A DNA stretch of 64,000 nt from Eledone cirrhosa (GCA_964016885.1 OZ024743.1:96410001-96474000); one strand, 5' to 3'; shown: positions 38,526 to 53,391, counted from the first letter of the stretch. Program-made: numbers and translations. The notes: generated from the sequence alone by a model not told the origin.

Positions 38526-39505
38526 ATTATTCCCTTTACAAAAATTTGAGATCTTATATCTCAGTAAAAAAAAAAATCAATAAAATTATAATTTTATTTT
38601 GTTTACTATTAATTCTTAACATCCTGTAATGATTTAGCAAAAAATATCTAAAATCTGGTTTGTTATTTGTTAATTATTAATAGTTTGTCTATAGTATCTT
38701 TACAAGTGGACAAATCGTTCTGAAAATTTGCAGTAAACTAAATTAATGACTTTAATATTGAATGCCATGCAGTTATATTTGAAGAATTTCTTACGTAAGC
38801 AGCTTCATATAGCACAGAATGTTAAGAATTATTGTTGATCTTTTGAGGTAAAAAACACTTTAATACTTCTATTTACACTATGGAAACTTCAGTAATTTGG
38901 TCATGTCTTCAGGGCCAAAAAATTGACTACCCACATCCTTGAGGGACAAATACAGGGGAAAAAGGCTGCGGATGACTGAAAAGGAGATGGACAGGTAGGA
39001 GTTTGGCAGAATGTATGGTAATGGTAAGAGACAGTGCTGGTCCATAAGTCCATGACACCGGACTCTCAGATATGAGGATGGGATGAGAAAGAAGGAAGGA
39101 TTTATACTACATTTCAGTTGGTTTGATCTCTAAGTCTCTTATTCCTGGAGGTATATTTAATATCAGATGAGATTCAAACATGGAACTAGGAATGGCATCA
39201 GTTAATGGTTGTCTCAAGCGTAGATGCTCATCGGACTAGAGCTTATCCATGTTTCGTGAGGCAATAAGTGACTGATAGTACTAAAGTTTCCTTTAGATGG
39301 GATGCCAGTCTATCACTTGTTGTTTCAGCTGAGTGGACTAGAATAACATGACAAAGTGTCTTACTCAAGGTCAAATGCACACCTTACCAATAGGCTGTGT
39401 ATTTACACTACAAATATTATCCTTCATACACAAAATCAGGGTAGTTATCCTTTGATGAAGAGACAAACATTTCTGAAATGCATAATATCTTATGATTTTC
39501 CTTGT

Positions 39506-39838
39506 ACATGGCTTAGTGGTTAGAGCATTGGTCTTGCAATCGAAAGGTTGTGAGTTCAATTCTCAGACCGGGTGATGTGTTGTTTCCTTGAGCAAGACAC
39601 TTTATTTCACATTGCTCCAGTTTACTCAGCTGTAGAAATGAGATGATAGGGACTGGGGTCCCTATCATTCCACTGCAAACTGGTCGTGGAGGTGCCACGA
39701 CAAAAAAGCACCCAGCACTGTAAATGAGGTTGGTGTTAGGAAGGGCATCCAGCTGTAGAAATCAAGCCAGAATCAGTTCCCGTCTCACCCTTGCAAGCAG
39801 GGAAAAAGCGAACGTAAAATGAAATAATGATGATGATG
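39506..39838 (+). mobile_element. CORE-SINE with RTE-derived tail
   Basis: Matches the 32999 copy. Confidence 0.9.
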
Positions 39839-39912
39839 AAATAAATTTACACTCTTCATATGTTTTACAGTGAAGGCTTCTAATTAAAAAATGATAGGCA
39901 TATCTACATTAA

Positions 39913-40100
39913 CCCTTTAGTGTTTAAACCGGCTGTAACTGGCCAGAATTCTCTCACCTCTTTCTGTTCAAACCAGCTGTAACCGACCACTTATACTGAT
40001 GTTAAGGTATTGTTCTCAAAATAAATAATATCAAAATCTCATAAATTCGATATTATGTGAGATAAAGCCTTTATCATGAAAATACAATAGTATATATAGA
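39913..40100 (+). mobile_element. piggyBac-type MITE, right end missing
   Basis: ttaa-ccctttagtgtttaaaccgg matches 517-715; followed by a pLTR-like fragment at 40110-40245. Confidence 0.8.
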
Positions 40101-40699
40101 AGAATATTTTGAAGCTTGTTGAATGGATTGAGCTCTGCCATTGGGGTCATACTTTTTCCTATTTCCCACTCTACTACCCTAAGTATTGAGTACTCTGGTG
40201 CGTTATGGTCCATCTGGTTCCTTACCACAATTCCTTTGTTTTATATATATATATATATTTATATATTTTATATATATATTTATATATTTATATATATATA
40301 TAGGTATATATATATATGTATGTTTGTGTGTGTTTAGTTTGTTTCATGATTGATCTACAACTATATTAACTGAGAACATGGTGGACACCATAGATTTACA
40401 ATTTATACATTATCTATAAATATCAAATTCAGTATTTCCGTAACATATTCAGACCTTCTTGTCTGATGTCTAAATCACAAAGAAATATCACAAATCCCAT
40501 TGGGTTATAGGTACATATGAACTTCCTTTCATATAGTCTCTATGGGGAATTTCTCTTAGGAAAATAGTCAACTTCCTTCCCTCTGTGTTAGTAGTAACAA
40601 ACCATATGTATTGGAACTAAACATAAATCTTTGATTACATAAACACATGCACACACACATGCGTATAAATATATCAGAATATGTATGTGTGTGTATATC

Positions 40700-40774
40700 T
40701 ATCTCTATATATATATGTATGTATGTATATATATGTATATATATATGTATGTATATGCATATATATATATGTAT

Positions 40775-40815
<41 letters not shown>

Positions 40816-40820
40816 TATGC

Positions 40821-40884
<64 letters not shown>

Positions 40885-41056
40885 GTATGTATATGCATAT
40901 ATATATATATATGTATATATATATGTATGTATATGCATATATATATATATATATGTATATATATATGTATGTATATGCATATATATATATGTATGTATAT
41001 ATATATATATATATATATATGCATATCTATATATGTATGTATATATATATATATGC

Positions 41057-41090
<34 letters not shown>

Positions 41091-41258
41091 GCATATATAT
41101 ATATGTATGTATATATGCATATATATATATGTATGTATATATATATATATGCATATATATATATGTATGTATATATGCATATATATATATGTATGTATAT
41201 ATATATATATGCATATATATATGTATGTATATATATATATATGCATATATATACGTAT

Positions 41259-41328
<70 letters not shown>

Positions 41329-41347
41329 ATATATATATATATATATG

Positions 41348-41386
<39 letters not shown>

Positions 41387-41408
41387 ATATATATATATAT
41401 ATGTATGT

Positions 41409-41472
<64 letters not shown>

Positions 41473-41552
41473 ATATATATATATATATATATGTATGTGT
41501 ATATATATATATATATATGTATGTGTATATATATATATATATATATGTATGT

Positions 41553-41644
<92 letters not shown>

Positions 41645-41721
41645 ATATATATATATATATATATGTATGTGTATATATATATATATATATATGTATGTAT
41701 ATATATGTATATATATATATG

Positions 41722-41766
<45 letters not shown>

Positions 41767-41787
41767 ATATATATATATATATATATG

Positions 41788-41859
<72 letters not shown>

Positions 41860-41891
41860 TATGTATATATATATGTATATATATGTATATG

Positions 41892-41938
<47 letters not shown>

Positions 41939-41991
41939 GTATATATATGTATATGTATATATATATATGTATATATATATATATGTATATG

Positions 41992-42022
<31 letters not shown>

Positions 42023-42345
42023 GCATATGTATATATGTATGTATATATGTATGTATATATGTATGCATATATATATATGTATGTATATATATATGTATGT
42101 ATATATATATGCATATATATATATGTATGTATATATATATATGCATATATATATATATGTATGTATATATATATATATATATGCATATATATATATATGT
42201 ATGTATATATATATATATATATGCATATATATATATATGTATGTATATATATATATATATATGCATATATATATATATGTATGTATGTATATATATATAT
42301 ATATATGCATATATATATATGTATGTATATATATATATATGTATG

Positions 42346-42376
<31 letters not shown>

Positions 42377-42397
42377 ATATATATATATATATGTATG

Positions 42398-42428
<31 letters not shown>

Positions 42429-42447
42429 ATATATATATATATGTATG

Positions 42448-42478
<31 letters not shown>

Positions 42479-42519
42479 ATATATATATATATGTATGTAT
42501 ATATATATATATATGTATG

Positions 42520-42550
<31 letters not shown>

Positions 42551-42569
42551 ATATATATATATATGTATG

Positions 42570-42600
<31 letters not shown>

Positions 42601-43328
42601 ATATATATATATATGTATGTATATATATATATATATGCATGTATATATATGTATGTATATATATATATGTATGTATATATATATATATATGCATGTATAT
42701 ATATGTATGTATATATATATATATATATGCATATATATATATATATGCATGTATATATATGTATGTATATATATATATATATATATGCATATATATATAT
42801 ATATGCATGTATATATATGTATGTATATATATATATATATATATGCATATATATATATATATATGCATATATATATGTATGCATATGTATGTATGTATAT
42901 ATATATGTATGTATATATATATGTATATATATATATATGCATATATAAATGTATGTATATATATATGTATATATTTATGTATATATATATGTATGTATAT
43001 ATATATATATGTATGTATATATATATGTATATGTATATGTATATATATATATATGTATATATATATATGTATATATATGCATGAAAGATAGACGTTAAAC
43101 GATGATGATGATATACATATATACATATATATATATATAATTAAATATAAAAACATACATATATATATACATATATATATAATTATATATAAAAACATAC
43201 ATATATATATAAACATACATATATATATATATATATATACATACATATATATATAATTATATATAAAAACATACATATATATATACATATATATATAATT
43301 ATATATAAAAACATACATATATATATAA

Positions 43329-43369
<41 letters not shown>

Positions 43370-43880
43370 TATATAATTATATATAAAAACATACATATAT
43401 ATATACATATATATATAATTATATATAAAAACATACATATATATATATATATTTAATACAATAACAGATAGTTTAAAGCTAAACTCTGACTGGTAACCAT
43501 CTCACTCAACAAACATTAGGTTATATTAAAATATGAACCCAATTTAAGTGTTTGGGGTGCTAACAATATGTATAATGTGGAAAAGCCAGTTGTATTATTT
43601 TATGAGATATAATTAAAGTTAAAGTATATCTCTCTTTCCAAACAATTGTTTCATTATATATATATATATATAAATACATATATATATACATATATATATA
43701 ATTATATATAAAAACATACATATATATATACATATATATAATTATATATAAAAACATACATATATATATAAACATACATATATATATGTATATACATATA
43801 AACATACATATATATATACATATAAACATAAATACATAAACATACATACATAAACATACATATATATATACATATTTATA
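40700..43880. repeat. very long compound (TA)n/TATG/TGCA microsatellite; polarity switches to TACA at a ~30-bp RTE tail (43085-43112)
   Basis: Direct inspection; source of the spurious 700-800 aa YI ORFs. Confidence 0.95.
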
Positions 43881-43902
43881 ACTATATTTATAAAACCATA
43901 TT

Positions 43903-43963
43903 TATTCTATTATATATATTTCAAGGGTACCAAAACTTTGGTACGCTTTCATCAGATAAAATA
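43903..43963 (-). ncRNA. minimal hammerhead ribozyme (family of 24544)
   Basis: Reverse complement reads tattttat-CTGATGA-aagcgtacc aaagtttt ggtaccctt-GAAA tatata TA^atagaata. Confidence 0.85.
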
Positions 43964-45236
43964 CAAAGTTTGTTTTATAAATGTTGACATAACCAAGAAA
44001 AAGATACCTCAACGGTTCAAGTTTTCCTTGGATACTCCAGAAATCCTGTCGAGATTTCTCTGAATCAGTTATAAACATTTGTATTTGGTGATTTACCAAC
44101 AAATTGAATATCCCTTTTGCTTATCTGTATATATATATATCTGGTATATATATATATTTGGCTCAGCAACTGGTCCCCGGTCAGCTGACATTTCCACTGT
44201 GCCAGACACTCAACCCACAACCTCACTGTCTGCAACCTTATCACATGCTCTAGGGTCCCTGACACTATTTTCTCTCAGCATCTGCACTGTAAATGGTCTA
44301 GATTACCCCTTTAGCCTTGCTCATCACCCCCTACACACCAACGCATGTTCCTCCTATTCACCCACACACCCCAACACAACCAATTTACCAGTTAAACCCC
44401 TATGACCCTCCTACCCTTCTAACTCCACCCATTGCACTAACTAATTAACTAATGGACACCACCACCCACCCCTAGCCTTCTAACTTCTGTCTACCTCCAC
44501 ACCCCACTGCTCTACCACCCCTACACACTCAAACCACCTTACTGGCTAATAATCTACCTTTGCTCCCCATCCCTCCACCACCAATACGCACATACACACC
44601 CACAACAACCTCATCTACTACTACATTCACCCATGTAATACCAATACACATACACACACACATAGACACATGCACACACACATGCACACACACATAGACA
44701 CACACTGCCACTACAGCTCCCTCCCAAACCACTTCTGTTTTGTGTGCGCCAAACAGAAAGGTTGGGAGGACCTTCAGTTTTTTCAAATAAATGACAACCG
44801 CTCGCTGGTTCATTGACTATACATGGAGACACAGGTCCCTGGCCTGCCTGTGAGAGCAATGGCTCAGCTTCAGTACTCACTTGCTCTATGTAGACTTGTC
44901 TAACTCTTACTAGCAGGGAAAACAGATGTTAACATGATAACGATGTTGATGAATGGCTTCTACAGAACTAGAACTGTTTCCTTCATCTGAATCATCAGGG
45001 ATGGTTATTTCTGATGGATTCAAATGAATGAAATTGTTGTAGTCACGTAGAAGTCATTTCTATATGAAATAAATATGTACCCTCTCTACTAATGTAATGA
45101 GTACCCTATTTAAATATTTTTCCCTTCTGTTCCTCTGTGGAAAGCCATTCTTAATTATATACATATATATTTTATATAATGAGGGTGTATATATATAGAA
45201 TATATATATACACTGTCAATAAAGACACCAGGATTT

Positions 45237-45296
45237 TTTCATTCTGACGAATGAAAGCAATTTTGGTTGCTTTCAAGAAACCACTGGTAAATGAAA
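45237..45296 (+). ncRNA. type-I hammerhead ribozyme with three well-formed stems
   Basis: tttcatt-CTGACGA-a tgaaagcaa ttttgg ttgctttca a-GAA ACC act GGT A^aatgaaa. Confidence 0.85.
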
Positions 45297-46450
45297 TAAT
45301 TATCTTATGTTGTTTATTACATAACTAAATAGAATATATATATAGAATAAGAAAATGAGAAGTAGTTTCAGATGTTAAAGTCCTTTAATGATAATGCTAT
45401 GATACATATTTCAAAGACGACAGTGGCCACACTCTTTGGTGTACCCAGTGCCGTGACATCATCAGACAGCTTCTTACATAATAAGGTTATGTTTCCGAGG
45501 TAATCCAAATTGAATCGACAAGGGAACGGACAAAGTGGGTGTATGTGTGTGTGTCCATGTCTGTGTTTAAATTTACTGTTTGTTTTAGTCATGTAACTTA
45601 GCTGTTCAACAAAACGAGATCAATAAAATAAATATCAAACTGGAAACAAATTAATATTGGACTAGAGTTGACATGATTGATTAAATTGTGGTGGTGCCCT
45701 AGCATATTTATATTTATTAATGACTAAAACTAGGAAAAAGGTAAAAGAGATATCCCCCAAAAGATGGCATGGTTATTGCTTTTGGTCTCTTCTCCATAAG
45801 GCTTGACATGCAGCCAAAAAGCAACAACAGCATCAGCATCAGTATCAACAGAAATGTCATCCTATCCAAACCAGTTATAACCTGTTCTGAATTTACTGTG
45901 ATTCACTCAACTATCTGCTAAGCTTGATCCATAGAGACTGCTGTCATTTTCTTTCCCTAGCACGTCTTTACAATTTACATACTCCTCCTACTGCTCCTGA
46001 TCCACCTCCACCTCCTTCTACTGAGGTCATTGTTGAGATTACTGCAGCTCTCACATTCTCTATAATAGACTTAGTAGTATAATTCAATTACTCCACACAA
46101 CTACTTCAATTATGCTATCTATGCACCTCTCTCTTAAGAGTAGGTCTACTTTAACACTACCACATTTCAATATACAATACGCACACAAACTCCACACGTG
46201 CTTACACACAGCCACACACATAGAATTTCTCAATCACACGCACACACACATAGACACGATCACACGCACTGGACAGCGACATACACACACTTGCATACTC
46301 ACATGCACACTCACATATGTGTAGACAATTACACACACACACAAATACTCATATATATATATACACAGTTACTCACACGTGCACTCACACATGTATGTAA
46401 ACATACATACACAAACATATACACAAGTAGACTCACACATATGAACACAA

Positions 46451-46506
<56 letters not shown>

Positions 46507-46594
46507 GTATATATATATATGTATATATATATATGTATATAAATATATGTATATATATATATGTATATGTATATATGTATATATATATATGTAT

Positions 46595-47216
46595 ATCATC
46601 ATCATCATCATCATCAACGTCCATGTTCCACGCTTGCATGGGTTTGGACGGGAGGCAAGAGTGGTTGTCATTGCTCGCATAGGACTGTCTGGTGGGTTTT
46701 CTACAGCTGGATGCCCTTCCTAACACCAACCACATTTACAGTGTGGGGCTGGGAGGTTTTTACCGTGTTGCCTACACGGCCACATTACAGCGTGGACTGT
46801 GTGTTTTTTTGTCGTGACACCGACACGATCTCATTTGTTTCGGCCTGGATGTTGTGGCACCAACATAACTTTACATTGAAAGGGGCGGTGTGGATGGGGT
46901 GGGGGAGGTGAGACGGGGGTGTATTTTGTTAGAGATGCCTACTGACTGTAGTAGGTTTACTTTGTATTTAGGTAAGGCGGGTCTTCTCTATTACTGAGTA
47001 CCGCCAAAGATGTCGGTCCAGTGACATTGTCTTGGTGAGGTGTAAGTCTGTGAGGTCGGAATTTATCAGCTCGTCCCAGGTTTTTCTGGGTCTGCCTACT
47101 CCGTGGCTACCGTCTATCTTTATTGCCCTGCACTTTGTTATAAAGCTGTCGTCTTTCATGCGCATCACGTGACCATACCAACGTAGCCTTCTCTCGAGTA
47201 AACAACATCTGATCCC
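46595..47216 (-). mobile_element. RTE family B 3' fragment
   Basis: ORF 46968-47168 ends EKTRLT*; (GAT)n tail. Confidence 0.9.
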
Positions 47217-47307
<91 letters not shown>

Positions 47308-47328
47308 GTGTATATATATGTATATATA

Positions 47329-47413
<85 letters not shown>

Positions 47414-47415
<2 letters not shown>

Positions 47416-47657
47416 CTTTCACTTCAATTTATTATAGTAAATTTATAAATTTAGGAATTTATAAATTTCTGGTTGGTTGGTTGGTTCCACAACCAGATAG
47501 TTGTTTATATATTGTCAAAGTTCTTTCGTCACACATTATGTGACCTCTTCAGTGACTGGGGATTCTTTTCTTTGTTTTTGTGCCTCTCCTTTGTTCTGTC
47601 CTACGCCATTTTGTTTCAGAAACAAAATGGCGTAGGACAGAACAAAGGAGAGACACA
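47414..47657 (-). mobile_element. pLTR-like module (family of 14808) with a short fold-back
   Basis: Inverted arms ~47579-47618 and ~47620-47657. Confidence 0.75.
47514..47556 (-). ncRNA. minimal hammerhead ribozyme
   Basis: Reverse complement reads gtca-CTGAAGA-g gtcaca taatg tgtgac-GAA AG aa CT T^tgac. Confidence 0.8.
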
Positions 47658-47663
47658 GTTAAT

Positions 47664-48021
47664 GGAGGCACATGGCTTAGTGCTTAGAGCATTGGCCTTG
47701 CAATCGAAAGGTTGTGAGTTCATTTCTCAGACCGGGTGATGTGTTGTTTCCTTGAGCAAGATACTTTATTTCACATTGCACCAGTTTACTCAGCTGTAGA
47801 AATGAGATGATAGGGACTGGGGTCCCTATCATTCCACTCCAAAGTGGTCTTGCAGGTGCCATGGCAAAAAAAAGTACCCAGCACTCACTGTAAATGAGGT
47901 TGGTGTTAGGAAGGGCATCCAGCTGTAGAAATCAAGCCAGAATCAGTTCCCGTCCCACCCTTGCAAGCAGGGAAAAAGTGGACGTAAAATGAAATGATGA
48001 TGAAAAATGATGATGTATATA

Positions 48022-48060
<39 letters not shown>

Positions 48061-48403
48061 GGAGGCACATGGCTTAGTGGTTAGAACATTGGCCTTGCAA
48101 TCGAAAGCTTGTGAGTTCAATTCTCAGACCGGGTGATGTGTTGTTTCCTTGAGCAAGACACTTTATTTCACATTGCTCCAGTTTACTCAGCTGTAGAAAT
48201 GAGATGATAGGGACTGGGGTCCCTATCATTCCACTGCAAAGTCGTCGTGGAGGTGCCACGGCAAAAAATCACCCAGCACTCACTGTAAATGAGGTTGGTG
48301 TTAGGAAGGGCATCAAACTGTAGAAATCAAGCCAGAATCAGATCCCGTCTCACCCTTGCAAGCAGGGAAAAGTGGACGTAAAATGAAATGATGAAATGAT
48401 GAT
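47664..48403 (+). mobile_element. two full-length CORE-SINEs in tandem (47664-48013, 48061-48403) separated by (TA)n
   Basis: Both match the 32999 copy. Confidence 0.9.
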
Positions 48404-48411
48404 GTATATAT

Positions 48412-51400
48412 ATCATCATCATGATCATCATCATCACCGTTTTACGTCCGTTCTTCCACGCTAGCATGGGTTAGACGGGTTGTCCTCTTGTGGGCAGTGT
48501 CTGGTCGGCTGACCATGCTTTGCTCATACAGGAACTGATTTGGCTTGATTTCTACAGCTGGTTGCCCTTCCTAACACCAACCTCATTTACAGTGAGTGCT
48601 GGGTGCTTTTTCTTGGCACCTACACGTCCACTTTACAGTGTGGGCTGGGTGCTTTTTTGCCGTGGCACCTCCACGACCACCTTGCGGTGGCAGGTGTGGG
48701 GGCATATTGTCTATATCCTTCAGCTTGTACTCATGGGAGGTCGGGTACACTGTATTACTGCGTGACGCCAGAGGTCACGGTCGTGTGTCATTGCCTTTGA
48801 GAGGTGTAATTGGGTAAGGTCGGCTTTTATCACCTCATCCCAGGTCATCTTGTATCTCCCCACTCCGCGTTTTCCATCGACTTCTAGTGCTCTCCACCTT
48901 TTTATGCAGCTGTCATCCTTCATACGCATCACATGACCATACCAGCGCAACCGCCTCTCCTGCACACAGCATTTGATTCCTCTTATGCTCAGTCTCTCTC
49001 TCAATTCATTTATGCTTTGTCGTTCACGTATATTACTGTTACACATCCATCAGAGCATGCAGGCTTCCTTTCTCTCTAATCTACGTAAGTCTTCCACCTT
49101 CAGCGCCCAGGTCTCACTACCATGCAACATCGCTGTTCGGATACACGCATCATACAGTCTGCCTTTCATTCTGAGGGAGAAGCCTTTTGCAGCTAGCAGT
49201 GGTAGTAGTTCCCTAAACTTCTTCTATCCCGTTCTTACCGTAGTTATTGTACTTTCTGAACACCCACCTCCGCTGCTAATTCGGTCACCTAGGTAGCAGA
49301 AGCTGTCTACTGTTTCTCAGAGCCCTCCCAGAGATTGGTGGTACTTGTTTCCTGTGGCTGTTTGCTGTTTGCTGTCCCAGCACAGCTGCTGCATGTGAAG
49401 CCTACATTCTTAATTAAGCCTCCTGAGATCCCGCTACATCTCTTGTGTACCCATTGTTTGCATTTGGGGCAGAGAATGGAGTTCCTACCTACACCTTTCC
49501 TACATACTGAGCAAGGCCATTTCCCTGAGGGGATCTGGGTTCTGTTTTCTTGTCTACTTACAAGGACCTTAGTCTTTGTCATGTTAACTTTGAGACCCTT
49601 TCTTTCTAGTCCCTGCTTCCAAGTTTGGAATTTATTCTCTAGTTCTACCATAGATTCAGCTATAAGTGCGAGGTCATCAGCATACAGGAGTTCCCATGGG
49701 CATCCGGTCTTAAACTCCTCCGTTATTGCCTGCAGGACTATGATGAACAGGAGGGGGCTAAGAACAGAGCCCTGGTGGACCCCAACCTGTACGCTAAATT
49801 CCTCGCTATACTCATTGCTAATCCTAACTTTGCTGACTGCTCCCCTATACATGGCTTGTACCGCTTTCACAAGCCATTCATCTACTCCTATTTTTCTAAG
49901 AGCCCACCAGATTACAGCACGTGGAACTCTATCAAAGGCTTTCTCAAGGTCGACAAATGCCAAGTAGAGTGGCTTTTAGCTAGGTACTTTTCCTGTAACT
50001 GCCTCACAAGGAAGAGGGCATCAGTGGTGCCTCTTCCTGGTACAAACCCAAATTGCATCTCGTCTATTTTCACCCGGTCCCTAATCAACTGTGCTATAAC
50101 TCTTTCTGTTACTTTCATGGCCTGGTCCATCAGCTTTATACCTCTATAATTTCCTCTATCTAGTGCATCACATTTACCATTGTAGCAGTTGACAATGAGG
50201 CTACTGCACCAATTTTTTGGTATGGCACCTTCTAGTATTACCTGGTTAACAATACGTGTGGTTATAGTGTGACCTACAGACCCAGATGCCTTCAGCATCT
50301 CGGCAGCTATACCCGATGGACTGGTTGCCTTCCCCATCTTCTTATCTTTGATTGCCTTACTTACTACGTTGCTGCTGACTTGTACTGCTGGCCCCTCTAT
50401 AGGGTCTACTTGGGGTAGGGTCTCTTCTTCCCATGCATTCTCCTCATTTAGTAATCTATCAATGACTCTTCCATGCATCTTTCTTCTCAGCACTTGTGAG
50501 GGCAAGCTCACCTTTATCATTCCAGATACACTTCTCTCCAATGACATCACAACTCTCTCTGACACACTGCCTCACAATCTTGAACACCTCCTGTTTCTGG
50601 TCCTCATGTTGCAAGCATGCTTGAATTTTCTATCCTCTGCTTCCCTCCTAGCTAAGTATACTTGTCGCCTAGCTTCCCTCTTGGTCTCTATGTAATGTAC
50701 CCTGCTCCCCCCCGTTCTTCCATTCTTTCCATGCCTGTCTCTTGGCCTTAACTGCCTCATCTACCTTATTGTTCCACCACCAAGTCACTCTCCTCCTGCT
50801 TGAGGTCTTACTCCAGCCACAGACCTCATCCGTCGCCTCTAGTAAATTATTTTTTAGGAACTCCCAGTTCTCTTCTACATTGAATGTCTGTATCTGTTCT
50901 TCTTTACTGTCGTAGGCTTTGAGTAAAATATCTTTAAATCTGTTACTGGTTGAGGGGTTGGCCTCTGTTTCCAGGTTCGTCTAGTTCTGACCGTGAGGTC
51001 GCTGACAACTAAGCTATGTTGGGATGTACATTCCTCACTAGGGAAGGCTTTTGTGTTTACGACCGTCCATCTGTCACGTCCTCTGATGAGGATAAAATCT
51101 ATCTGACTGGAGTGCTCCCCTGATCTATAGGTGATCAGGTGGTTGTCGGGTTTTTTAAAGTTTGTGTTACATATCGACATGTCATTGGCGTCGCAGAATT
51201 CTAGAAGTCTGAATCCTTCCTCATTTCTTGTGCCAACCCCATGGCCTCCATGTACTCTATTGAAGCCGTCGCAGTGTTTACCTACATGTCCGTTAAAATC
51301 TCCTGCGATGATTAGGAAGTCATTGTCGTCTGTTAGAGCAGTAGTGTGCATTAGGGACTCGTAAAACCTATCCTTAAGTTCGTCTGGCAGCCCCGATTGG

Positions 51401-51415
51401 GGTGCGTAAGCTGAT
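48412..51415 (-). mobile_element. RTE family A, longest copy (partial APE endonuclease + RT), frameshifted
   Basis: APE motifs ISAYAPQ, IIAGDFNGHVG, NTNFKK, SQIDFIL, SQH in ORF 50875-51435; RT pieces at 49307-50565; (GAT)n tail. Confidence 0.95.
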
Positions 51416-51443
51416 ATATATATATATGTATACATATATATAC

Positions 51444-51514
<71 letters not shown>

Positions 51515-51911
51515 AACGGAAAAAATGAAACAAAATTTCATTTCCCACTCTTAGTATGGCTGTTACTTAAATATAAGTATGTACACGTACATACATATAT
51601 GTATACAGACGTACAGTAGTATGTATATATATATACATACATGCACACATATATATATATATATGTACGTATGGATTCACCGAACTTTTATTATAATGCT
51701 CGGTGTGTTTGTAAACAAACATCCCGTATTAAGCCGTAGTGTCTAGCAACCATCGTTGCTCATTTGTTCAACAGTGACAAAGGAACACTGTACTAGTTTC
51801 AAGCTGAAATGATGGCTAGTCATTTTTCTACCCTTTTGTGGTCTTTAGTTCAAATCCTTTTATATACATATATCCAGCCCATGCAAATATAGAAAATCTA
51901 ACGTAAAAATG

Positions 51912-52102
51912 ATAATTGTTTCTACTTTTGGCACAAGGCCAGCAAATATCCAGTGCATTACTGGTACTTTATTTTATCGACCCCGTAAGGATGAAAGGCA
52001 AAGTTAACCTCGGCGGGATTTGAAATCAGATCATAATGGGAGGTAACTCTATGCTTCAAAGCATGGCGTCCGACCCTCTACCGATACTGCCAATCCACCG
52101 CC
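51912..52102 (-). mobile_element. second-lineage SINE, full length
   Basis: Matches the 29281 copy; TSD gtaaaaatgataat on both sides. Confidence 0.9.
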
Positions 52103-52137
52103 TGATGTAAAAATGATAATGTTATATATATATATAT

Positions 52138-52173
<36 letters not shown>

Positions 52174-52175
<2 letters not shown>

Positions 52176-52388
52176 CCGTGTAGGTAGCACGGTAAAAAGT
52201 TCCCAGTTCCACACTGTAAATGTGGTTGGTGTTAGGAAGGGCATCCAGCCGTAGAAAACCTGCCAGATAGTCCTATATGAGCGAGACATGGTCACCCGAC
52301 CAACCTTGCCTCAAGTGGGACAACTCCCGTCTAACCCATGCTAGCGTGGAAGATGGACGTTAAACGAGGAGGACGATGATGATGATGA

Positions 52389-52392
<4 letters not shown>
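52174..52392 (+). mobile_element. RTE-type 3' UTR fragment (B-like)
   Basis: ggttggtgttaggaagggcatccagcc block, tctaacccatgctagcgtggaagatggacgttaaacg, (GAT)n. Confidence 0.85.
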
Positions 52393-52426
<34 letters not shown>

Positions 52427-52937
52427 CAAAGAAAGTGTGGTAAGGAAACACGTGGACCATAATGCACCAGAGTACTCAATAATTAGGGTAGTAGAGTTCG
52501 GATCTAGCTGTCGAAATGGCTGGAGCTCAGCCGGCGGGGACTGACTCTTTACCTATATATATATATATATATACTTCCAATGTAGTCTACCTTTCGTGGT
52601 AGGGTCTATACCATAGTTAGAACTCGATGTAATCTGTTAACATGTAGTTCAACCCTCCTTCTGATATGACAGTGGGAAGGAAAGAAAGCTACACCAGTAC
52701 TGAGCTTGTATTTTCATTAACCCCGAAAGGATGAAAGACAGAGTGGACCTCATTGGGAACAAATAACAAAACTGCCAAATTGACCATCTCTATACACACA
52801 TATATATATACACATATCTAAACATGCACACATACATTCCTATCTATCTATATATATATATGTAGAATATCTGTTGATTAAAAACAAAGGAAAACTATGC
52901 TCAATCTATTGCAATAAACTTAACATATGCACGACCT

Positions 52938-53072
52938 TAGGTTTGGGGGTCAAGTTATGGCCACCACTGTATAGTGGTGGACCCATTCTAATACTGGCCT
53001 GTCATCATGTGCCAAATACTAGAATGGCTCTTCCACTACACAGTGGTGGCCATAACTGGACTCCGAAACTTA
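52938..53072. repeat. ~135-bp imperfect palindrome (MITE-like hairpin)
   Basis: ttatggccaccactgtatagtgg..ccattctaata paired with tactagaatgg..ccactacacagtggtggccataa. Confidence 0.7.
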
Positions 53073-53391
53073 ATGTTGACCATACTTCTGTGACAACAGC
53101 TGGTGATATGCATGTAAGTAAATATTCTCTTTATCTTATATTTTGTAACTAACCTTACATAGATCGATATCGAAGTATAGTTACGATGTATTATCATCAC
53201 CTAGAAATGATCGTAAAGCATTGAAGTATATTTCTAATGACTTGATTTTTTATTTCATTGTTTTAACTTATATCATGACTCTGTTTTCCTTTTGATGTTT
53301 CATTGTTTACCGGGATATATTTTAACCTACAACATATGGATTACATTGAGTTCTTCATGCAGATTAGACCCTACAACTTACCGTGGATATC

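Noticed and set aside
40647-43438. 700-800 aa ORFs of Y/I/M/C/H repeats (also 11635, 14031, 30839 and others)
   Set aside because: Stop-free translations of (TA)n/(CA)n microsatellites, not genes
44968-45002. Minus-strand CTGATGA-ttcagatgaag-GAAAC motif
   Set aside because: Stem I does not pair; probably chance
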